Shown here: piece after piece, positions 40,486-50,627 of the stretch
How the letters are laid out: the number at the start of each line of letters is the position of its first letter
How positions within the stretch are numbered: the stretch's first letter is position 1
The notes under the pieces: generated by a model
Database searches by the model: none
Told to the model about the DNA's origin: nothing
The model's input: the letters and a program-made list of their open reading frames with translations, nothing else
From: Polyangiaceae bacterium
Lineage (GTDB): Bacteria; Myxococcota_A; Polyangia; Polyangiales; Polyangiaceae
NCBI GenBank assembly: GCA_965222375.1
Contig: CBDCTZ010000014.1
Span: forward strand, 160,001-224,000
Length of the DNA: 64,000 nt
Direction of reading: 5' to 3'
Position numbers and translations under genes: made by a program

Positions 40486-40920
40486 TCAGCCGGATTCTTT
40501 TGGCTCTGTCCCGGCGCTTTTTCGACTGTCGCGGTCCTTTCGCGCCTGCTGGAGTTTGCGCTCCAGCTCCGGCTTCGCTGCCAGCCACTCATCCACGATG
40601 TCTTGCAGGCTTGCTTTGGCTGCGGAGCGGCGACCAATGACCACCAGGTCCAGATCTGGCGGCCACAGCTCTCGCGTGGCACGAAACGCCTCTCGAACCA
40701 GTCGTTTCACCCGCGAACGCACCACTGCGTTGCCCACTCGTTTCGAAACAGTGATGCCCAAGCGTGCGCCGCTCTCGTCGTCGCGACAGCGCAGCAGCAG
40801 TGCGCACTTCGGAGTAGAAACGCGTCGGCCCCGCGCTTGGATCAGCACGAACTCCGTACGTTTACGAACGCGTTGCGCACGGTCGAATTTGCCTCGAGGT
40901 GAGGCGGACGCGCGCGCCAA
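40486..40920 (-). CDS. rnpA: Ribonuclease P protein component
   Basis: RLGITVSKRVGNAVVRSRVKRLVREAFR. Confidence 0.95.
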   Translation of the reverse strand: MARASASPRGKFDRAQRVRKRTEFVLIQARGRRVSTPKCALLLRCRDDESGARLGITVSKRVGNAVVRSRVKRLVREAFRATRELWPPDLDLVVIGRRSAAKASLQDIVDEWLAAKPELERKLQQARKDRDSRKSAGTEPKESG

Positions 40921-40924
40921 AAAA

Positions 40925-41074
40925 CTACTTCTTGTAAGCCGAGACGGCGAGCCGCCAACGACCCTTGCGCCGACGGTTCTTCAAGATCTTCTGACCACCA
41001 CGCGTCTTGAGACGCTTGCGGAAACCATGAGTCCGGAGCCGGCTGGTGTTGTGCGGCTGAAATGTACGTTTCAT
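40925..41074 (-). CDS. rpmH: 50S ribosomal protein L34
   Basis: [27 protein letters not shown]...RRRKGR. Confidence 0.97.
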   Translation of the reverse strand: MKRTFQPHNTSRLRTHGFRKRLKTRGGQKILKNRRRKGRWRLAVSAYKK

Positions 41075-41227
41075 TGCTCGAAACCCTGAGGTGATGCCCC
41101 ACCCCGGCGCTGGCGCCGTGAGGGGCGGGGAGTCAGCCACGCTCCCGCCGGGTAGTCAAGTCCATGAAAGTCCCGCGGGTCGAACCCCAGGGCCAGTCCC
41201 CCGGGATCAGCGGATCTTGGCGGCAAT

Positions 41228-41383
41228 CCAGGGGATTTGTGGGTTTGGGGGGTCGAGCACTGGGGCGGCATGGGGGCCCTAATCTCGCCGTTTATCGCCC
41301 TAGCGCACCCCGCGCTCCAGCTCGGGATTAGGGCTCGAGCACCGCCCCAGCGCCACGACCCAAACCAAACCTAGGCACCCTGG
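41228..41383. repeat. Long imperfect inverted repeat (~60-bp arms)
   Basis: 41228-41287 pairs with 41323-41383 (ctggggcgg/ccgccccag, gccctaatc/gattagggc, ggtttgg/ccaaacc). Confidence 0.65.
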
Positions 41384-41415
41384 GCGAGTCGGGGTTTGAA
41401 AACTATGTTCCCGCC

Positions 41416-42087
41416 ATGGCTCTCAAACTGGCACTGGCTTCGAGCGCGTTGATGGTCCTGGGAGTGCTGATCGGGCAGATCCGCGTGGCTCCGCCGTTGG
41501 TTGGGTTCGGCATTGCGGTGCTCGGAGCCGCCGTGGGCTTGGCGGTGCTGCCAGCGGCGCTGATCGCTTGGAAGCGGGGCGAGCCTTCCTTTCCCGTGAT
41601 CGCGCTGGGCGTTGGCTGGTGGCTGATTCCCGTGTTCGTGGTGGTGTCCACCCGGGGAAAACCGCGGATCAACGACGTCACCACGTCACCGGACGAGCCG
41701 CCCCAGTTCGTGGCTCAGAAGAACGCCCCGGCCAACGCGGGTCGCAAGATGGCCTATCCGGCTAAAAACGCAGAGCTACAACGGGCGGGCTATCCAGAGC
41801 TGGGGCCTCTGCGGCTTCCCGTCGAGCCCGTCGCGGCGCTGGCGAAGGCCAAGACGGTTGCTGAAGCTCAAGGCTGGAAAGTCGTCGAGGTCGCCGAGGC
41901 CGACGGCCGCCTCGAGGCGGAGCATCAGACGGGGATTTTCCGCTTCGTGGACGACGTCGTGGTGCGCGTCCGGCCCTCGGGCGAAGGCTCCGTGGTGGAT
42001 GTGCGCAGCAAGTCCCGGGACGGCAAGGGGGATTTCGGCAAGAATGCCCAAAGAATTCAGGCGTTTGCGGTGGCGCTGGAAGAGTAG
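41416..42087 (+). CDS. DUF1499 membrane protein
   Basis: [48 protein letters not shown]. Confidence 0.88.
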   Translation: MALKLALASSALMVLGVLIGQIRVAPPLVGFGIAVLGAAVGLAVLPAALIAWKRGEPSFPVIALGVGWWLIPVFVVVSTRGKPRINDVTTSPDEPPQFVAQKNAPANAGRKMAYPAKNAELQRAGYPELGPLRLPVEPVAALAKAKTVAEAQGWKVVEVAEADGRLEAEHQTGIFRFVDDVVVRVRPSGEGSVVDVRSKSRDGKGDFGKNAQRIQAFAVALEE

Positions 42088-42172
42088 GCCCTGGCCCCGC
42101 TTGGCGCCGGGTGCGGGCCGCAGCGATAGGGGGTTGCTCGGTCCGTCGGCTGGTGGTACCTCACGCGCCCCC

Positions 42173-42340
42173 ATGCGAGACAATATCCGCCTAGTTTCCA
42201 CCGCGGGTACGGGCTTCACGTACTACACGACGAAGAACAAGCGTACCCAGACGGCCAAGCTCGAGCTCAAGAAGTACGACCCGAAAGCGCGCAAGCACGT
42301 CGTCTTCAAAGAGCAGAAGATGCCGCCTCACAGCAAGTGA
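42173..42340 (+). CDS. rpmG: 50S ribosomal protein L33 (Cys-free type)
   Basis: [24 protein letters not shown]...KKYDP. Confidence 0.95.
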   Translation: MRDNIRLVSTAGTGFTYYTTKNKRTQTAKLELKKYDPKARKHVVFKEQKMPPHSK

Positions 42341-42447
42341 GGTGTGGCGCGGCCCATAGCGGGCGCGCCCAACATCTTCGCAAACCTTCGAGCTAGCCGG
42401 CGAGCCACAGCGTGTGCGCTGTGCTCGCCGGACTCGCCTTGTCAGGC

Positions 42448-44172
42448 TCACTCGTCGAGGATCTTGAACTCGACGCGGCGGTTCTTGGCGCGCCCCTCGT
42501 CCGTGCCGTTGGTGGCGATGGGCTTGGTTTCACCGAAGCCTTCGGACTCGAGCCGGCGCGCCGCGATGCCCTTGTTCGTCAGGTAGCGCATACAGGACGC
42601 TGCGCGCTGCTTGGAGAGCCGCAAGTTGTAGTTGTCGTTACCGCGGTCGTCCGTGTGACCATAGACGCCGATCCGTAGCTTTCCGCGGGCCTTCATCAGC
42701 GTCACGATCTCGTCCAGGATCGGGTAACTGGCCGTCTTGATCTTGGCGGAGTTGTACTCGAACTGAATCGGCTCGAGCAGGGCGACTTCGCCATCCTCGG
42801 TGATGCGAGTCAGGCTCGGGCAGCCGTGCTTTTCGGCGATATCGCTGCGCGGCCCCGGCTCCGTCGGACACTTGTCTTCGGTGTCGAGAATACCGTCGTT
42901 GTCGGCGTCTTCCTCGGGGCAGCCGTCGCTGTCCTCGACGCCGTCCATGTCTTCCGGCACGTCCGGGCAAGCGTCCGCGACATCAGGAATGCCGTCACCA
43001 TCGCGATCGGATCCTGCCGGACAGCCATCCGTGGGTTCGGGCTTCTTGCCGTCCTCGGGAACGGTCGGGCACTTGTCGATGTCGTCGGGGTAGCCGTCGC
43101 CATCCGTGTCTTTGGCGTATTCGGCCACGTCGGGGGCGACGCGCACCTTGCGCGCGGGCGATGTCGTGGTGCCGTCGGAGATGCGGAACCAATAGCCGAT
43201 GGAGGCCAGAACGCGCAGGTCCGGAGCACCGTAGCCAGTTGCGAGCCGAGTGCCAGCGCCCGCCATGGCCCAGACTTTTTCCTTTTCGCCGATAGCGAAG
43301 CGAGCCTGAGCTAGCCACTCCAGATCTGTATTGCGCCCCTTGAAGAAAGTGCTCTCGCCACCCGCTTTGGACAGGCCGGTGCTGCCCCACAGCTCGGCGC
43401 CCAGGCGGATTTTGCCCTCCCGCAGTGGAATGAAGGCACCGAAAGCGTAGCGCAGCTCCGAAGCGAGAAAGAGCGCGCCGTTGGGGCCACCGATGCTGCG
43501 CTGGGGTCGGAAGTGCGGGCCGATCATGCCTGTGATGAGCAGCTTCTTGAAGTCGTACTCGGCGGAGCCGTAGAGCATGCCGGTGGTTTGGTCGTCGCTC
43601 GTGTAACTTTCCGGATCGCCGGTGGGTGCCCACAGCGCTCCACCACCACCCAGGCGAAACTTGCGATTGTCGGATTCGTGGAGCTTGACGCGCGCATCGA
43701 TGCGCATGTCATGGGTGGCGACCTTCTTCGCATCCAGACCTTCACCCACGCCGAGGGCCTGAGGGTCGTCGCCGATGAACTGGTAGACGGCAATTGGCAT
43801 CGAGAGATTGAAGCTCGCGCGCCCGGCGATCTCAGTTCCCACGCTGAGGTAGCTGATGATCTGCCCGTCCACGGGATCGGGAACGCGTTCTTGATTGCGT
43901 CCGTCCACGGCCACGGTTTCGTTGCGCAGCGGGTTGAGCGTGAAGCCGAACGCCGCCATGCCGTAGAAGCGCGTCTTTTCATGCAGGTACGGGCGCCAAA
44001 CCATGAAACCGTCGTCCGGCGCGCCGGAAATCTGGGCGCGATCCAGATAGAAGGTTCGGGTCTGCGCCGCAGCCTGATCAGGCAGGCAAAGCACGATCAT
44101 GGCCAGCACGGCCAGCAGTGCGTGGTGCAACGAACGGGGAGTCAGCGAAAGTACAACTTTGAGCGTGCGCAC
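42448..44172 (-). CDS. OmpA-family protein with N-terminal beta-barrel and thrombospondin type 3 repeats
   Basis: DTDGDG..D..DKCP repeats; GHTDDRG...NLRLSKQRA...NRRVEF; start approximate. Confidence 0.92.
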   Translation of the reverse strand: MRTLKVVLSLTPRSLHHALLAVLAMIVLCLPDQAAAQTRTFYLDRAQISGAPDDGFMVWRPYLHEKTRFYGMAAFGFTLNPLRNETVAVDGRNQERVPDPVDGQIISYLSVGTEIAGRASFNLSMPIAVYQFIGDDPQALGVGEGLDAKKVATHDMRIDARVKLHESDNRKFRLGGGGALWAPTGDPESYTSDDQTTGMLYGSAEYDFKKLLITGMIGPHFRPQRSIGGPNGALFLASELRYAFGAFIPLREGKIRLGAELWGSTGLSKAGGESTFFKGRNTDLEWLAQARFAIGEKEKVWAMAGAGTRLATGYGAPDLRVLASIGYWFRISDGTTTSPARKVRVAPDVAEYAKDTDGDGYPDDIDKCPTVPEDGKKPEPTDGCPAGSDRDGDGIPDVADACPDVPEDMDGVEDSDGCPEEDADNDGILDTEDKCPTEPGPRSDIAEKHGCPSLTRITEDGEVALLEPIQFEYNSAKIKTASYPILDEIVTLMKARGKLRIGVYGHTDDRGNDNYNLRLSKQRAASCMRYLTNKGIAARRLESEGFGETKPIATNGTDEGRAKNRRVEFKILDE

Positions 44173-44319
44173 GCCGCGAAAGTACCCTGTCCCGCCCCGC
44201 ATTGAAAACCAGAACGCCGCCACTCGGGCGGTTCCGCGCTGAGCGCGGCTCGCAGGGGGCCAAATTGCTGAAAACGCACGGGATATTCTGGCGCTCGGGC
44301 AGGGCGCCCGCGCCCGGGC

Positions 44320-45531
44320 TCACTTGGCGGTCGTAAAAACCTCGCAGGCCCAGAGGGTGCCGCCGTCTTGGACGACCCCAATCCCGACCTGAACGTAGCG
44401 CGGGTCCACCACGTTGCTGCGGTGAGACGGGCTGGCCCAGATCACTCGATGGGCGCGGGCTGGGCTCTGGGCCCGAGCGATATTCTCGCCGAAACCCCGG
44501 AAGCTGAGCCCTGCGGACTGCAGCCGCGTGGCGAGACCGCCGGCTCCGACATCATGGCCCAGCAGGTTCTTTTCCTTCATCGCCGTGGCGTGGGCCTTGG
44601 CGATTTCGTCGAGCGCTGGCGAGCGCCGCAAAGCTGCCCGCTTCTCGGATGCTCGGGCTGCATTGACCATGCGCAAGAGCAGGTCCTCGGGGTCACCCGC
44701 GGCGTCCTTGATTTCTCCAGGTGCGGTTGCGGGCTCGTAGGAGGCTGGCGGCGCGACGTCCGCGAAGAACATGGCTTCGGCAACGGGTCGCGGGCCGACG
44801 TCCAGATCGGCGAGAAGCTGCGCTAGCCAGGGGCCGGGTTCAGAGGCCGCGAAACGCGCTCGCGCCGTGCCGTTGGAGAGTTGAGTCGGTACTGGCTTGG
44901 GTGCTCCCCGGGGGCCGAGCAATACGACTTTCGCGTTGCTAGCCGGCACCAGCAACTTGGCACTGAAGCTGAGCCATTGGCCCGTGCGGGCGCGGCTCGA
45001 CACGGGCGCCAAGTCTGCGAGCACGTCGGAAAGCAAGAGCACGAGAGCCTCCGAGTCGCCGCGCACGCGAGCTGCGCCGCAGCGTCGCTGGCCGATCTTC
45101 GAGATCCCAGCGAGCCAGTTTGTCGCGCGTCGGGTTGCATCCCTGTCGTCGATGCCTCCGCCCGACAGCGACCAGGCACGGGGCCAGACGTAGGGCGCAC
45201 CGGCCGCGCGGATTTCGAACGCGATCTCAGCGGTGTCCGGAATGGACTCGCCGGCGGCCAGGCGGTTCGCGAGCTTCAGCGCCACCTCGGCCAAGGCGGC
45301 ATCGCTGCGGTCGCACAGCTCCATGATCTCGCCGGCGAGGCCTCTCATGTCGGCAGCAGGCTGGGGAGATGTGATCATGTCCGAGAACACCGAGCTCGCC
45401 GCGTTTTCCGGCAGGACCACCTCGGGCTGGGCGGGCTCGGTGCCGGCCGGCGGCAAGGCCGCGCCGCGCTCGGGCGGCGTGCAGCTTATTGAAGTCAGCG
45501 CCGTGAGCAGCAGAACGGACTGACGCAGCAT
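44320..45531 (-). CDS. CAP/SCP domain lipoprotein
   Basis: TSISC lipobox; VNAARA, AHATAM, GENIA, SPSHRSN, VGIGV. Confidence 0.88.
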   Translation of the reverse strand: MLRQSVLLLTALTSISCTPPERGAALPPAGTEPAQPEVVLPENAASSVFSDMITSPQPAADMRGLAGEIMELCDRSDAALAEVALKLANRLAAGESIPDTAEIAFEIRAAGAPYVWPRAWSLSGGGIDDRDATRRATNWLAGISKIGQRRCGAARVRGDSEALVLLLSDVLADLAPVSSRARTGQWLSFSAKLLVPASNAKVVLLGPRGAPKPVPTQLSNGTARARFAASEPGPWLAQLLADLDVGPRPVAEAMFFADVAPPASYEPATAPGEIKDAAGDPEDLLLRMVNAARASEKRAALRRSPALDEIAKAHATAMKEKNLLGHDVGAGGLATRLQSAGLSFRGFGENIARAQSPARAHRVIWASPSHRSNVVDPRYVQVGIGVVQDGGTLWACEVFTTAK

Positions 45532-45714
45532 GATCCGAAGCCTAGCAAACGGCGCCCGGGAGCCACGCTTTTCCCGTGGAAGTTCCGCGGGTTTGCCCCT
45601 CCAGCCCCGGGGCGGCGGAGACCGGCCGACAAGTCGACCTCCTGGGTCGGGGCTGATACAGTTACACCACCCACCGGGCCCGGTGCTCGTCGGGGAAAGC
45701 TAGCGATCCATCCG

Positions 45715-47181
45715 ATGAATCGAGTCTCGACAGCAGCCAAAGTGGGCGTTTTCGCCCTGGTGACGGTTGTTGCGGCGGTGTTCATCTACCAATTCGTCAG
45801 CAAAAAGGCCGCCGGCGGCGATGGCTACGTCGTCTACGCGCTGATGGACGACGCCACGGGCATTGCCAAGCACTCGCAGGTGCGGGTCGCGGGCATTCCC
45901 GTTGGCCAGATCGAAGATATCCGGCTGCAGGGCGGTCAGGCCCGCATCGACATACGCATTCGCCCCGACGTGCCCTTGTACGACGACGCGGCGGCCAGCA
46001 AGGTCACCTCCAGCCTGTTGGGCGAGTACTTCATCGGCCTAGCGCCAGGTACGGAGGGCAAGCGCCAGCTCGAAGACGGCGATCAGATCAAGCACGTGAT
46101 CGGCGCCGCCACGACGGACGAGATCCTGAAGGATGTTTCGGCGATCGCCAAGCAGGTCCGAAAGGTCGCGGACAGCCTGGCCTCGTCCGTAGGTTCGAAA
46201 GAGGGTGAAGAGAACATCAAGGACACCCTGAAGAACCTTGCCGAAGTCACGGACGCCTTGAACAAGACCGTGCGCGAAAACCGCGGTTCGATCCGGAACA
46301 TCCTTACCAACGTCGAGAACATCACGGCCAAGGGCGAGCCTGAGGTCGAGAAGATCTTGGAAAACGTCCGCGAATCCTCGAAGGAGATCCGCGAGCTGTT
46401 GGCCAAGGACGCCAAGGGCGAGGGCGCGCAGTCCGGGGAGGTTCGCCAGATCATCGAGAAGGTGAACCGCGCCAGCACGAGCCTGGAGAGCGCGCTGGGC
46501 AATCTAGACAAAGTCAGCGGGCGTCTCGAGCGTGGCGAAGGCACCCTGGGGCGCTTGACCAAGGACGAGAAGCTCATCGACGAGGTCGAAGGCGTTGCTG
46601 AAAATGTCGGCGAGTTCGTAGGCGGGCTGTCCCGGCTGCAGACCATCGTCGCCCTCAGGACGGACTATCAGTTCCTGTCCAGCACCGTGAAGAGCTACGT
46701 CGAACTGCGACTGCAGCCCCGGGAGGACAAGTACTACTCCATCGAGATCGTCAACGATCCCCGCGGTTTGACCCGCTTCGAGCAGATCGACGTCGATACC
46801 TCGAACCCCAACGACCCGCCCCACTATCGCGAGGTGCGTACGGTCACGACCAACGCCTTCCGTTTCAGCCTGCAGTTCGCCCAACGTATGGGCCCCTTTG
46901 TCGGCCGCTTCGGCATCAAGGAGTCCACAGGCGGCGTCGGCCTCGACACCCTGTGGTTCGACGATCGCTTCGAGCTGCGTCAGGACCTATTCGGATTCGG
47001 CGAAGTCATCTTGCCCCGCTGGCGCATTGGCTTGGGCTACGAGTTCGTGTCTCGGCTCTGGATGTTGGCCGGCGTGGATGACGTGCTCAGCCCCAATCGC
47101 CGCGACTACTTCCTGGGGCTGCAGCTCCGCTTCAACGACCAAGATCTCAAGACCATTTTACCTTTCGCCCCCGGTCCCTGA
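45715..47181 (+). CDS. MCE/MlaD family protein
   Basis: N-terminal TM, DATGI...VRVAGIPVGQI, LLGEYFIGL, long helical region. Confidence 0.9.
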   Translation: MNRVSTAAKVGVFALVTVVAAVFIYQFVSKKAAGGDGYVVYALMDDATGIAKHSQVRVAGIPVGQIEDIRLQGGQARIDIRIRPDVPLYDDAAASKVTSSLLGEYFIGLAPGTEGKRQLEDGDQIKHVIGAATTDEILKDVSAIAKQVRKVADSLASSVGSKEGEENIKDTLKNLAEVTDALNKTVRENRGSIRNILTNVENITAKGEPEVEKILENVRESSKEIRELLAKDAKGEGAQSGEVRQIIEKVNRASTSLESALGNLDKVSGRLERGEGTLGRLTKDEKLIDEVEGVAENVGEFVGGLSRLQTIVALRTDYQFLSSTVKSYVELRLQPREDKYYSIEIVNDPRGLTRFEQIDVDTSNPNDPPHYREVRTVTTNAFRFSLQFAQRMGPFVGRFGIKESTGGVGLDTLWFDDRFELRQDLFGFGEVILPRWRIGLGYEFVSRLWMLAGVDDVLSPNRRDYFLGLQLRFNDQDLKTILPFAPGP

Positions 47182-47229
47182 GCTCCTTCAATCCGTGGCA
47201 CGGCGCCGCGCTTGGTGACTGCTTGAGGT

Positions 47230-48144
47230 TCAGCCCGGATCGCAGATTTCAGCGCGCTCCATGCACTTGGCGATCCGGTCCGCACGCTTGTCGGGAGGGA
47301 GCTTTTTGTAGTTCGGATGCCCGTCGCAGTACTTGCGAATGAGTGTACAGCCTCGAGCCCTCAGCTGTTTGGCGCGACGCAGATCTTGTTTGACGCCCCA
47401 AGCGTTGGCGTAGGCTTTGGCGGCCTGACTGCACGGCAAGTACGACTCGAGGCCCGTTTCGCATTTCGCCTCGGCCAGCAGCGCTGCGAGCGGATCCGCG
47501 CGGGACGCCTTTTCCCAGCTGTACAAGTGGAATAGCGACGCGCACGCTTCGACAAAACCCCCGAGGCAGCTCTTCTTCGCCAGCTCCACGCCGCGCTTGG
47601 GATTACGGGTCATTCCGCGGCCGCGCAAATGCGCCATGCCCAGGCGCAGGCAGCTGGGCGAATGGTCTGACGCACACTGCGCCTTGCAGTCACCGAGTTC
47701 GGGGATCGTTGCCGGCTCGCCCCAACGCGGGATGCGCCGCCGCCGTGGACGGTTGGACGAGCAGCGCATGAGACATAGGAGGTCGTCCACGCGACAGGAG
47801 CAGGCTTTGCGCCTGTCCTCACTGGAACCGCAACGCACCTGCTTGGCTTTGGCCTTCGCGATGCAGCCCTTCTTCTTGTCCCAAGCTTCCTCCGGGTGAC
47901 ACAGGGCGGCGACGTCTTGCCAACTCTTGGTGTCGATGTCGGGGACACCCATCCAAGCGGGGGAAGGTTGTTCTTGTGATTGAACGGGCGTGGGGGGGCC
48001 GTTTGTTGGAAGGGTGACGGTGGGGGCGGCTGTGTGTTGGGCGGGATCAGAAGCAGTTGGCGCTGCGGGTGCGCGGGGATCCGGCGCGTTGGCGCAGCCT
48101 AGGGCGACCCCCGAGAGCAACAACCAACGAGACCGAATACGCAT
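47230..48144 (-). CDS. Sel1-like repeat lipoprotein
   Basis: ALGC lipobox; SCLRLGMAHLRGRG...KSCLGG, GVKQDLRRA. Confidence 0.75.
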   Translation of the reverse strand: MRIRSRWLLLSGVALGCANAPDPRAPAAPTASDPAQHTAAPTVTLPTNGPPTPVQSQEQPSPAWMGVPDIDTKSWQDVAALCHPEEAWDKKKGCIAKAKAKQVRCGSSEDRRKACSCRVDDLLCLMRCSSNRPRRRRIPRWGEPATIPELGDCKAQCASDHSPSCLRLGMAHLRGRGMTRNPKRGVELAKKSCLGGFVEACASLFHLYSWEKASRADPLAALLAEAKCETGLESYLPCSQAAKAYANAWGVKQDLRRAKQLRARGCTLIRKYCDGHPNYKKLPPDKRADRIAKCMERAEICDPG

Positions 48145-48280
48145 CAGCCCATTGTACACGGCGATGCCGAGAAGATTGGGCGCGAGCGTGAATGTGAGGG
48201 GTTTCCGCTTGTGAGTTTGATTCTGCCAGCGGGCTCGGCCGGTTCAAGGCCTGCGCCGGCTTCGCCGGTAGCTGCTTCGT

Positions 48281-49471
48281 CTACTTGCTCGCGCGCGCCA
48301 CTGCAGTTTTCGTCGTGCTTTTCGATGCGGGGCGGAGTTGGGCGCGGAGGGTTTCTTCGCTGCAGCCGTATTTGTGGGCGACCATCTGCGCTAGGGGGAC
48401 GACCTTGGTTTTCGATTTGGCTAGGGCGGTGAGGGCCGCCGTGAGTGCATCGGTGCGGATGTAGTCGTGGATGAGGACGACGCCGCCGCGTTTGAAGCCT
48501 CGGCGTAGGTTGCTGGTGAGAAAGCCGAAGTCGCGCTTCTTCTCTGCGTTGGTGTCGCCGGACTCGTCGTGCCACATCACGTTGGCCAAGCCGGCCTCGC
48601 GCAGGGCGGTGTCGTTGAGCTCGCGTTGCCACTTCTGTGATGGCTCGAGGTAGGGGCCACCACCGGGAGGGCGTGAATACAGCACGTCGTAGGGACGAGT
48701 CTCGCCTTGGTAGCCCGCTTCGGAGAGCAGCAAGCGATGACGTGCGAAGAAGGTCGGCCAGTGCCGCATCTTTCCTGCAGGCATGTAGACGACGTGCTTT
48801 CGCTCGAAGACCCGTCGGTACAAGCGAATGAAGTCCTGCTTTGACTGCGCCATCAGGGCCAAGTCGATCAAGATGCGCGTCACTTCGTGCTGTCCACGCA
48901 CGTATTCGACCGTGCGACGGCCGGGGCGACGGGAGGCCATCTTGATGTCGTGGTTGTAGCTGTGGGTGCCGATGACGTGACCCTCGGCGACCATGCGTTG
49001 GATCAGCTGATAGGTGTCGGGGCGAATGGCTGCGCCGACCACGAAGAAGGCGGCGTGCATCTTGTGTTTGCGCAGCAGGTTGAGCACCTTGGGGGTCTTG
49101 CCTGGGTGAGGGCCATCGTCGAAGGTCAGTGCCACCTGACCCTCCGGGCGCTCGTCTCGCACGTAGAAGCCAACCGCTGGACCTTCTTCTGGCAACGCGC
49201 ATTTCTCGACCTCTGCGCCCTTCGGTTGACTCTTGCTCGCCAGCTTCGGCGGCGATTCGAGCTCTGCCGCTGGCTTCAGCCGCGGACGAACTTTCGCCCC
49301 GCGCTGTCCTGCCTCGACCGCGGGCGTGCTCGCCTTCGACGTGGGGGCGACGGCCGTCGCCGGGGGCAGCTCTGGTGCGGTCGCTGCGTGGCCGACGCGC
49401 GGTGGGCTGGCGGCGCAGGAAGCGAGGATCAAACTGAAGAAGGAGGTCGCGAGGAGTGGGAGACTTCGCAT
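48281..49471 (-). CDS. Polysaccharide deacetylase (CE4/NodB) lipoprotein
   Basis: LTFDDGP, AAFFVVG, GTHSYNH, RPPGG, VVLIHD. Confidence 0.9.
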   Translation of the reverse strand: MRSLPLLATSFFSLILASCAASPPRVGHAATAPELPPATAVAPTSKASTPAVEAGQRGAKVRPRLKPAAELESPPKLASKSQPKGAEVEKCALPEEGPAVGFYVRDERPEGQVALTFDDGPHPGKTPKVLNLLRKHKMHAAFFVVGAAIRPDTYQLIQRMVAEGHVIGTHSYNHDIKMASRRPGRRTVEYVRGQHEVTRILIDLALMAQSKQDFIRLYRRVFERKHVVYMPAGKMRHWPTFFARHRLLLSEAGYQGETRPYDVLYSRPPGGGPYLEPSQKWQRELNDTALREAGLANVMWHDESGDTNAEKKRDFGFLTSNLRRGFKRGGVVLIHDYIRTDALTAALTALAKSKTKVVPLAQMVAHKYGCSEETLRAQLRPASKSTTKTAVARASK

Positions 49472-49991
49472 GTCACCGGCCGTACGGAAAACCGTGACGG
49501 CCAGATCGCGGCGCCGATGTTTTTCCCTCCCTCTTCAAGTTGGTCAATAAATTTGGCCATTTAGACTGCCGACACAGCGAGAGACGGCTGATGCCGGGCG
49601 ATGGCGCTATCTTGACGGCCGTGTTTGGCGGTCGCTCCATCGTGCTCAAAGTGGTCGGCTCGGCCGGCAGCGCAACGGTGTCCCTGGAGCCCGGCAGCGT
49701 GACCATCGGGCGTTTCGCGCCCCTGCGAGGTTGCCGTCAACGACACGACATCAGTCGCAAGGTTCCCGCACGGGTTGTAATGTCTGGCCAGGTCGCTCCC
49801 AGAGTAGCTACCCACCCGGCTTTGCCGGACCTGTCACGGTCCGAAATCACCCGTGCCGGTTTCAAACAAAGACACATAGTTCTGAATGCTTAGCTGAGCA
49901 GTGCCGGGTGCGTCGAGCGACTCGTATGCCCCGCTTGTCACGCTTTGTCGTACACAGCCACGCGGTCCTACTGTCTTGTTCCGCGGCTGCC

Positions 49992-50627
49992 ATGCAATCC
50001 ATCGACGACGCCGAACTCTTCGCCCGCGTGGCCCGAAAGGACGATACGTCCCGGGCGGCCCAGGGTGAGCTGTACGCGCGCCACGTTCGATACCTCTACG
50101 GCATGTTGATCAAGCGGCAAACCCGTACGCTCTCGGTAGCCGCGATGAGTGCGGAAGACCTCGTCCAGGAAACGTTTCGTCGCGCCTTCGAGCGAGCCGA
50201 CACGTTTTCACCGCAGGGCATCACGGAGCAGGAACGCTTGCGGCGGCGGGTGCGCGCCTGGCTCGGACGCATTGCTCAGAATCTCTTGGCAGATCGCCTG
50301 AGGAGCATTCGCGAGGTATCGGCTTCGCCGTACCTGGAGCGAGTCACGACGGACGACCTGGACGACGCGCCGCCGTCGACTCCGGAGTTGCGCTTGCTTC
50401 GCGAAGCGCTGTCGAAGTTGTCGGAGCGGGAACAAGATGTGTTGCGAGTTACCGCTCTATATCAAAAGGCCGGCGAGCATCAACGGCTACCCAATGCCGT
50501 CAGCCAGAAACTCGCTCAACGCTGGGACACCAGCAACGACAATGTGCGAGCCATTCGGAGTCGCGCGATGAAGAAAGTGAAGTCTTTCATGCACAGCCGT
50601 GGTGTGGCGCCAAAGGAGGGACCGTGA
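49992..50627 (+). CDS. ECF sigma-70 factor
   Basis: AEDLVQETF, AWLGRIAQN, LSEREQDVL, RSRAMKK. Confidence 0.88.
   Translation: MQSIDDAELFARVARKDDTSRAAQGELYARHVRYLYGMLIKRQTRTLSVAAMSAEDLVQETFRRAFERADTFSPQGITEQERLRRRVRAWLGRIAQNLLADRLRSIREVSASPYLERVTTDDLDDAPPSTPELRLLREALSKLSEREQDVLRVTALYQKAGEHQRLPNAVSQKLAQRWDTSNDNVRAIRSRAMKKVKSFMHSRGVAPKEGP

Noticed and set aside
41075..41415. oriC
   Set aside because: No DnaA boxes or AT-rich unwinding element seen, and dnaA is absent
42448..44172. traB of the TraAB outer-membrane exchange system
   Set aside because: Architecture fits, but there is no adjacent traA and myxobacteria have many such OmpA paralogs
49472..49991. Small gene or riboswitch in the 520-bp gap before the ECF sigma gene
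   Set aside because: No convincing ORF or recognisable RNA motif
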